From Candidatus Hebobacteria bacterium (GTDB lineage Bacteria > Armatimonadota > Hebobacteria > Hebobacterales > Hebobacteraceae), in contig JALGTT010000001.1 of assembly GCA_029821235.1 (NCBI GenBank), positions 1 through 32,443 on the forward strand: a stretch of DNA of 32,443 nt, given 5' to 3'. The position numbers were made by a program, and so were the translations under genes. Below are positions 8,776 through 14,955 of this stretch, one piece after another. The notes below the pieces were generated by a model, which made no database searches, was not told where the DNA came from, and worked only from the letters and a program-made list of their open reading frames with translations. The stretch's first letter is position 1; every line of letters starts with the position of its first letter.

Positions 8776-9228
8776 CTACGGCAGGTGCGTAGTCGCGTTC
8801 TGCCAGGCTGCGTTCTCGAAGTGGTTGGTCCAGTCCACCACATACCCGACGATGGGGGTGCTGGGATCGCTCGGATCCTCGTGCACCGGAACCATGTCGT
8901 AGGGGTGGTTGCCGTTCACGTCAAACGGACAGATGGGCACCTCGGTCAACTGACCGCCCTTCAGGCCGGCCGGCGTAGTGCAGCCCGGAACATCGGCGCT
9001 CAGCATGTCGCTGACCTCGTCCGGCCACTCCTTGTTCTGGGCGAAGTAGGCCTGTGCCGCGGTGTTGATGATCTTCATGTTCGCTTGACAGGAACGCACC
9101 CTTCCCATGTAGATGGCGGCGAAGTACTTAGGCAGAGCGATAGCGACCAGCACCGCGATGATGATGATCACCACCAACAGCTCGACCATGGTAAAACCAC
9201 GCTTCCTGCGCATTCTCCGTGTCATCAC
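8776..9228 (-). CDS. type IV pilin (paralogue 1, likely major pilin)
   Basis: 150 aa. KRG|FTMVELLVVIIIIAVLVAIALP prepilin motif. It is the first pilin after pilC and is followed by a strong hairpin. Confidence 0.85.
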   Translation of the reverse strand: MMTRRMRRKRGFTMVELLVVIIIIAVLVAIALPKYFAAIYMGRVRSCQANMKIINTAAQAYFAQNKEWPDEVSDMLSADVPGCTTPAGLKGGQLTEVPICPFDVNGNHPYDMVPVHEDPSDPSTPIVGYVVDWTNHFENAAWQNATTHLP

Positions 9229-9306
9229 CTTCTTTCACCTCCTTCCGGGTATTGTCTGGTGTTGACTACTGCCTCCGGCGGAGACTCCGCCGGCGATTGC
9301 CTCGCG

Positions 9307-10539
9307 TCACGGCGTCATTCCCACCCGGTCTTGCCGCAGCATACCGGTCAGGTTGAAGATGGGCAGATACATCGAAATCGCCACGAAACCCACGATCACC
9401 CCCAGCACGATCACCAGGATGGGGTCCAACAGTGTGGTGAGCCGCTTCACCGAAAACTCGATATCCCGGTCGTAGAAGTCCGCCACCTTGTTCAACATGC
9501 CCCCCAGGTCGCCGGACTCCTCGCCGGCCCCCACCATCTGCAGCACCATCGCCGGGAACTGCTCCGTCCTCTCCATCGCCTGCGCCAGCCTGTCGCCCCG
9601 GGTCACCCACACGATGCAGTCCCGCAGCGCGGTGGCGACCACATAGTTGCCGGCCACCCGCGCCGCATCCTCCAGAGCCTGCACCAGGGGCACCCCGCTG
9701 CTGATCATGGTGCCCAGCACCCGCACGCAGCGGGCGACGGAGATCTTGTGGAGCAGCCGGCCGAACAGGGGCATTCGCAACTTCATCGCATCTGCCTTCG
9801 GGCGGCCCTTGTCCGACCGCGCCCAGGCCCGCACCCCCAGCGCCAGGGCCGTCAGCGCCAGACCCAGCGCCCACCACCAGGCGGTGAAGAAGTCCGAGAG
9901 CCCGATCAACAGCTGAGTGGCCCGCGGCAACTCCATCCCCACCCCGCCGTACACCCGGGCGAACACCGGAATCACGAAACCCAACAGAAACGCCACCACC
10001 GCGGCGGCGAGCGTGATCACCACCACCGGATACACGAAGGCCGAGCGCACCCGCTGCCTCAGGTCGGCGTCCTTCTCCATCTGCAGCGCGATCCGCTCCA
10101 GCGACAACTCCAGGAAGCCGCCCGTCTCTCCCGCCTTGATGAGGCTGATCATCACGTGTGAGAACACGTGCGGATAGCGGGCCATCGCCGTGGACAGCGA
10201 CTGGCCGTCCTGCACCCGCTGGCGGACCTCGCCGAGGATTCTCGCCAACTCGGGGCTGTCGGTCTGGTCCCGCAGCGCCCCCAGGCATGCGATGAGGGGG
10301 ATTCCGGCGTTGATCATCGCCGAGAACTGCCAGGCGAACACCAACACGTCATCGTGGCGCACCTTGCGGGAGAAGAGGCCCAGCGCCCGCTCCCCCTTCT
10401 CCTTCATCGCGTCCACGGCAACCGGGTGGTAACCCATCTCGGTGACCTTGAGCTTCACCAGGCGCTCGTTGTCGGCCACCATGGTCCCCTTCACCAGGGC
10501 TCCCGCGCTGTCTCTCGCTCGGTACTGGAAGGTCGGCAT
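9307..10539 (-). CDS. pilC: type IV pilus platform protein PilC (GspF family)
   Basis: 410 aa with a duplicated T2SSF-type domain architecture and TM helices. Lies immediately downstream of pilB. Confidence 0.92.
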   Translation of the reverse strand: MPTFQYRARDSAGALVKGTMVADNERLVKLKVTEMGYHPVAVDAMKEKGERALGLFSRKVRHDDVLVFAWQFSAMINAGIPLIACLGALRDQTDSPELARILGEVRQRVQDGQSLSTAMARYPHVFSHVMISLIKAGETGGFLELSLERIALQMEKDADLRQRVRSAFVYPVVVITLAAAVVAFLLGFVIPVFARVYGGVGMELPRATQLLIGLSDFFTAWWWALGLALTALALGVRAWARSDKGRPKADAMKLRMPLFGRLLHKISVARCVRVLGTMISSGVPLVQALEDAARVAGNYVVATALRDCIVWVTRGDRLAQAMERTEQFPAMVLQMVGAGEESGDLGGMLNKVADFYDRDIEFSVKRLTTLLDPILVIVLGVIVGFVAISMYLPIFNLTGMLRQDRVGMTP

Positions 10540-10548
10540 GGCTTGCCC

Positions 10549-12252
10549 TCACTCCTCCTCGATGTACACCACCCGGAGCACTTCCTCGGGGGAGGTGGTG
10601 CCGGCCAGCACCTTCCGCAGGCCGCATTCCTTCATCAGGATCATCCCCTCCGAAACCGCCTGCTCTCTGATCTCCAGAGAGGACTTCTTCGCCAACACCA
10701 GCCGCTTGATCGGGTCGGTCACCCGCAGCACCTCGAACACGCCGGTCCTTCCGCGATATCCGCGGCCGCCGCAGCTCTGGCATCCCTCTCCCCGCGCGAA
10801 GCGCACGTCCTTCCCCTGGTCGGAGATCCCCAGGTCCTCCAGCACCTCCGGGTCCGGCCGATAAGTAACCTTGCATTCCCTGCACACCTCTCGCACCAGC
10901 CGCTGGCCGATCACTCCGATCACGGAGGAGGCGATGAGGAACGGTTCGATGCCCATGTCCAGCAGCCGGGGGAGAGCGGAGGCCGCGTCATTGGTGTGCA
11001 GGGAACTGAACACCAGGTGCCCGGTGAGCGCGGCATGGATGGCGATATCCGCCGTCTCCCGGTCTCTGATCTCCCCCACCATGATGACATCGGGGTCCTG
11101 CCTGAGAATCGCCCGCAGCCCCCGCGCGAAGGTGATGTTCGCCGCCTCCCGCACCTGGCTCTGATTGATCCCGGGCAACTGGTACTCCACCGGATCCTCG
11201 ATGGTGACGATATTGTTGTCCCCCCGGTTCACCCGGTTGAGGGCGGTGTAGAGCGTGGTGGTCTTGCCCGATCCCGTGGGGCCGGTGGCGAGGATCATGC
11301 CATAGGGTCTGGTGATCAGTTTCTCCACCAGACTCTGCTGCTCCGGCAGGAAGCCCAGGTCCTCCAGTTGCAGCAGCACCGACGACTTGTCGAGGATGCG
11401 CATCACCACCTTCTCGCCGAAAATGGTGAGCAGAGTGGATACCCGCAGGTCGAACTCCCGTCCATCCGCGCTCATCGAAATGCGGCCGTCCTGGGGGAGG
11501 CGGCGCTCCGCGATGTTCATTCCCGCCATGATCTTGATCCGGGAGATCACCGCCGACTGGAGCCGCTTCGGGATCTGCATCATCTCGTAGAGCACCCCGT
11601 CCACCCGGTAGCGAACCCGCACATCCCGCTCCGTCGGCTCCACGTGGATATCGCTCGCCGCGTCCGCAATCGCGCCGTGCACGATGGAGTCCACCAACCG
11701 CACCACCGGCGCGTCCTCCACCATCCGCTCCAGGTCGGGCACCGTCAGCCCGTTCCCATCGGAGGAGTCGTCGTGGTGGGTGCCGTTGCTGTCCTCGATC
11801 GCCTTGTAGGCCGCCGTCCGCCCGTCGAAGAGTTGATTGGTGGCGAGTTGCACATCCTCCTCGGGGGCGAAGAACGGCTGTACGTGGAGGCCCGTCACCA
11901 GCCGCATGGACTCGATGGCGGTCAGGTTGAGCGGGTCGGTCATCGCCACCGACAGAGTGCCGTCCTCCAGTTTGAAGGGAACCGCGCGGTGGGTGCGCAC
12001 GAAACTCTCGGGGAGCAGTTGGCCCAGCTCGGAGGGCACCGTCACTTCCGAGAGGTCCACGTACGGCAGCCCAAGCTGGTCCTGCAGCGCGTCCGCCAGG
12101 TCCCGCTTCTTGATCACGCCCCGCTTCAGCAGGATCTGACCGAGAAACGCCTTTGTCTGCTTCTGCTCAACCAGGGCCTTGTTGAGATCCTCCTCGGTTA
12201 GCGCGCCGCGAGCGACGAGGATCTCTCCCAACTTCTTGTCTTTCAATTTCAC
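10549..12252 (-). CDS. pilB: type IV pilus extension ATPase PilB (GspE family) with MshEN/T2SSE_N-type N-terminal domain
   Basis: 567 aa with a GTG start. Walker A GPTGSGKTT, Asp and His boxes, and a tetracysteine motif (CRECK...CQSCGGRG). The N-terminus carries tandem 24-residue MshEN-like repeats. Confidence 0.95.
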   Translation of the reverse strand: MKLKDKKLGEILVARGALTEEDLNKALVEQKQTKAFLGQILLKRGVIKKRDLADALQDQLGLPYVDLSEVTVPSELGQLLPESFVRTHRAVPFKLEDGTLSVAMTDPLNLTAIESMRLVTGLHVQPFFAPEEDVQLATNQLFDGRTAAYKAIEDSNGTHHDDSSDGNGLTVPDLERMVEDAPVVRLVDSIVHGAIADAASDIHVEPTERDVRVRYRVDGVLYEMMQIPKRLQSAVISRIKIMAGMNIAERRLPQDGRISMSADGREFDLRVSTLLTIFGEKVVMRILDKSSVLLQLEDLGFLPEQQSLVEKLITRPYGMILATGPTGSGKTTTLYTALNRVNRGDNNIVTIEDPVEYQLPGINQSQVREAANITFARGLRAILRQDPDVIMVGEIRDRETADIAIHAALTGHLVFSSLHTNDAASALPRLLDMGIEPFLIASSVIGVIGQRLVREVCRECKVTYRPDPEVLEDLGISDQGKDVRFARGEGCQSCGGRGYRGRTGVFEVLRVTDPIKRLVLAKKSSLEIREQAVSEGMILMKECGLRKVLAGTTSPEEVLRVVYIEEE

Positions 12253-12893
12253 TGTGCCGCTACCATCGGTTCAGAGAGTCGCGAGAGAGAACGCCTGGAC
12301 GCTGTTTCCAGCCGCATCGGAGAAGCCCCGCCACCCCGCCTGATTGTCGTGCGTGGCGCCATCGCCCTCAGTATAACCGGGGGGTTCTTCCGCCGAGTAT
12401 CACCCTTTAGTATTACCGGCCCCCGAACGTGATAAGCAGGTGCCTGGGCCCGTGCCCTCACAGGCGCGCCCACCCATTACTAATATCACCACATCTGGGG
12501 CGTAGATTGCTGTTTTTTGGGTGAGAAAAATGCCCCACTCCGCCCCTCAGACCGGCACGGTCCGCCTCGCGGGGCATCAGGAAGAAACGGGGGGAACATC
12601 GGCGCGGGGGCGCCGGGGCCAAAAAAAGGGAGGCCCCCGTGCGTCGGAGGGGGGACATACACACAGGGGCCTGTCTGCGGCTTGCGCAGACACCTAACCT
12701 TTTCCCCAAACTTCCTTCGTCTAAACCTCAAGTCCTCGCGTAAAGATGGACAGTTTCTCGCACAAGGCCAAGCGCGCGACAAATCACCCGAAATACCGAG
12801 CTCCAGGAGGCGGCCGCCCCTTCGCAGTCGAACTTCCCCATCATACCGGCGGCGGAGCCGAGCTGGCGAAAACGGGAGCGAGGAGGGACCGCG

Positions 12894-13247
12894 GTGGCAG
12901 CAGGCGGCTATTTGGATATCGTAGTGAAGAGCGCGGCGGGCGGATTGCTGATCGCGGTCATCCTGCTGCTGGCGCGCGGCCGCCACTACGTCATCAGCGG
13001 CCTGCTGGTCTCCGTTCCCGCGGTTTCCCTCTACACCTGGTGGTGCATCAATGCGGAGCACGGCCCCGTCCACCTTCGGGAGGCGGTGCGGGCCGCCATG
13101 TGGAGCGCCATTCCCTGGGTCGCCTACCTGGCGGTGGTGTACGCGGGCGCGGGCCGGCTGCCCATCTGGCTCAATCTCACCTTCGGCGTCCTCACCTGGT
13201 TCGTGGTCGCCTTCGGGTTCCTGGTGCTGCTCCGGGGCGGCTCCTAG
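12894..13247 (+). CDS. small four-helix membrane protein, GlpM-like
   Basis: 117 aa with a GTG start preceded by GAGGAGGG. The pattern of hydrophobic helices (LLARGRHYVISGLLVSVPAVSLY...WSAIPWVAYLAVVY) resembles the GlpM family as I recall it from memory. Confidence 0.5.
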   Translation: MAAGGYLDIVVKSAAGGLLIAVILLLARGRHYVISGLLVSVPAVSLYTWWCINAEHGPVHLREAVRAAMWSAIPWVAYLAVVYAGAGRLPIWLNLTFGVLTWFVVAFGFLVLLRGGS

Positions 13248-13277
13248 CCGCCGGCGCCGGGGGAAGCGGATGCCGCC

Positions 13278-14396
13278 ATGACCTCCAGAGAACGCGTGCT
13301 CGCCGCCATGCGCAGAGAACAGCCCGACCGCGTGCCCATCAACATCCGCGGGGTGAGGCTGTGGAACCCGGAATGGGTCGCCTCCCGCCATCCCTCCTAT
13401 CGCCCCGTCATGGAGGCGGTGAGGGAGCACTGCGACCTCATCCCCCACGCCTACGTGCCCGGCCTGGAACTCAACTTGCTCACCGAGGCGGAGCGCGAGA
13501 TCACCGAGCACCAGGTGAGCGACGCGGGCGAGTGGACCATCCACCGCACCATCCTCCACACCCCCAAGGGCGATCTGACCCAGGACTACTGGGAGTCGAA
13601 GCAAGGATACCTGCCGCTCATCAAGAAGTACTTCGTAGAGACGCCGGAGGATGTGGAGCGCGTGCTCTCGGTTCCCTATCGCCCGGTCTCGGTGGACCTG
13701 GAGCCCTACTTCCAGTTGCGGGAGGAGTGGCCGGACAACCTGGTGATGTGCGACTGTCCCCAGGCCCCCTCCTATGTGCACGAGTTGCTCGGCACGGAGA
13801 CCTTCGCCTACTGGTGGACCGAACACCGCGCCCTCCTGTTCGAAATGAGAGAAGTGTTCCAGGAGCGGGTGCTGGCCATCGTAGACGACATGCTCGCGCG
13901 GGGCGTGGGGCCGGTGCTGGCCACCCACGGCTCCGAGCAGATCGCCCCTCCCATGCACTCCCCCCAGACCCACCGGGAGTTCGTGCTCGCCGCCTTCCAG
14001 GACCTCTGCGACCGCGTGCACGCGAAGGGCTGTCTGCTCCACGTCCACTGCCACAACCGGCTCGACGCGCTGCTGGAGGATTTCGCGGAGGTGGGCTGGG
14101 ATGTGCTCCATCCGCTGGAGCCGCCCCCCATGGGCGACATCGTGCTCGCCGACGCCAAACGGCGAATCGGGGACCGCGTCTGCCTGGAGGGGAATATCCA
14201 GATCGGGGACCTCTACGGCACACCCACCGACACCGTGGTGGAGATAGTCGCCCAGGCGATGCGGGACGGCAGCCCGGGGGGAGGATTCATCCTCTGCCCC
14301 AGCGCCTCCCCCCACACCCCCACGCTGTCCGACCTCACCGTCAACAACTACCTGGCGATGATCGAGACCGCGGTCAAGATGCGGGACTACCAGTAG
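13278..14396 (+). CDS. uroporphyrinogen decarboxylase (URO-D) family protein
   Basis: 372 aa. The N-terminal RERVLAAMRREQPDRVP motif and overall TIM-barrel-like pattern are typical of URO-D/MtaA-like proteins. No other heme biosynthesis genes are adjacent. Confidence 0.75.
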   Translation: MTSRERVLAAMRREQPDRVPINIRGVRLWNPEWVASRHPSYRPVMEAVREHCDLIPHAYVPGLELNLLTEAEREITEHQVSDAGEWTIHRTILHTPKGDLTQDYWESKQGYLPLIKKYFVETPEDVERVLSVPYRPVSVDLEPYFQLREEWPDNLVMCDCPQAPSYVHELLGTETFAYWWTEHRALLFEMREVFQERVLAIVDDMLARGVGPVLATHGSEQIAPPMHSPQTHREFVLAAFQDLCDRVHAKGCLLHVHCHNRLDALLEDFAEVGWDVLHPLEPPPMGDIVLADAKRRIGDRVCLEGNIQIGDLYGTPTDTVVEIVAQAMRDGSPGGGFILCPSASPHTPTLSDLTVNNYLAMIETAVKMRDYQ

Positions 14397-14680
14397 CCGG
14401 CCGTCGCACCTTGGGGAAGGACCTCCTGGCGAACACGCCCTGCCTGGCGTTTCACGGTCCCCTGAGCCCGCTCGCGCGGAATATCGCGAGTTCCCGCGAA
14501 TCTCCCGCCGGACAGCCCCTTTGAGGTGCCTGATTGGGAGGGGAGGGTGCACCCTGCGAAAATTGCTATCCGCCGGCGATGGCGATTCCTGGCGCATCCT
14601 GCGCCCGTTTGCCCCTGCCGCCCCTCCCGCACCGCACTCTCTTCCCGCCGGGGGGAAGGAAAAACCCCGATGCTGTCCAA

Positions 14681-14709
14681 TTGACATCACAAGTACTTCG
14701 TGATAATTT
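14681..14709 (+). promoter_or_regulatory. sigma70-type promoter of the hydrogenase operon
   Basis: TTGACA (14681-14686), a 17-nt spacer, then TAATTT (14704-14709) preceded by a TG (extended -10). It sits in a locally AT-rich patch about 245 nt upstream of the first gene. Confidence 0.55.
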
Positions 14710-14955
14710 TAACAAGCCGGGTAGTGATACTGTGAACAGCAGCACGAAGTCCGCATAGAGGAACACCAGTTGCGCCTGAGGCCCGGCCATTGGTGAAGAC
14801 GTGACAACGGTTGTGCTCCTCACATGTTGAGTCGGCGCATCCGCGCGGCAGTCTCGTGTCGGGGCGGGCGGAAACGACGCCTTGGCCGGCGGGGCACTGA
14901 GCGTGATGAGGGGTTGGCGTAGGCGATAGGCTAATGGAAGGGAGGATGCCGCGTC

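Noticed and set aside
8194-12201. Two very long plus-strand ORFs (655 aa and 677 aa), His/Arg/Gly-rich, opposite the pilins, pilC and pilB.
   Set aside because: They are antisense to unmistakable PilB, PilC and pilin genes. The His/Arg runs reflect the reverse complement of GC3-rich codons, not metal-binding proteins.
12486-14690. 734-aa minus-strand ORF, the longest ORF in this region.
   Set aside because: It is antisense to two well-supported plus-strand genes (GlpM-like and URO-D-like). Its translation is Arg/Gly/Pro/His-rich low-complexity text with no motifs. This is a typical high-GC antisense artefact.
12395-14741. GTGATA(A/C/T)T motif recurring in both AT-rich non-coding patches: 12395-12405 and 12481-12492 on the minus strand, 14699-14710 and 14729-14741 on the plus strand.
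   Set aside because: It is a short AT-rich word confined to the only AT-rich patches, so chance occurrence or generic extended -10 elements explain it. There are too few copies to call a regulon motif.
14716-14955. Moco riboswitch in the hydrogenase leader, and a c-di-GMP riboswitch in the pilB leader (12253-12480).
   Set aside because: I could not find the conserved cores I remember for these motifs by eye. The leader regions are reported only as unexplained, pending a covariance-model scan.
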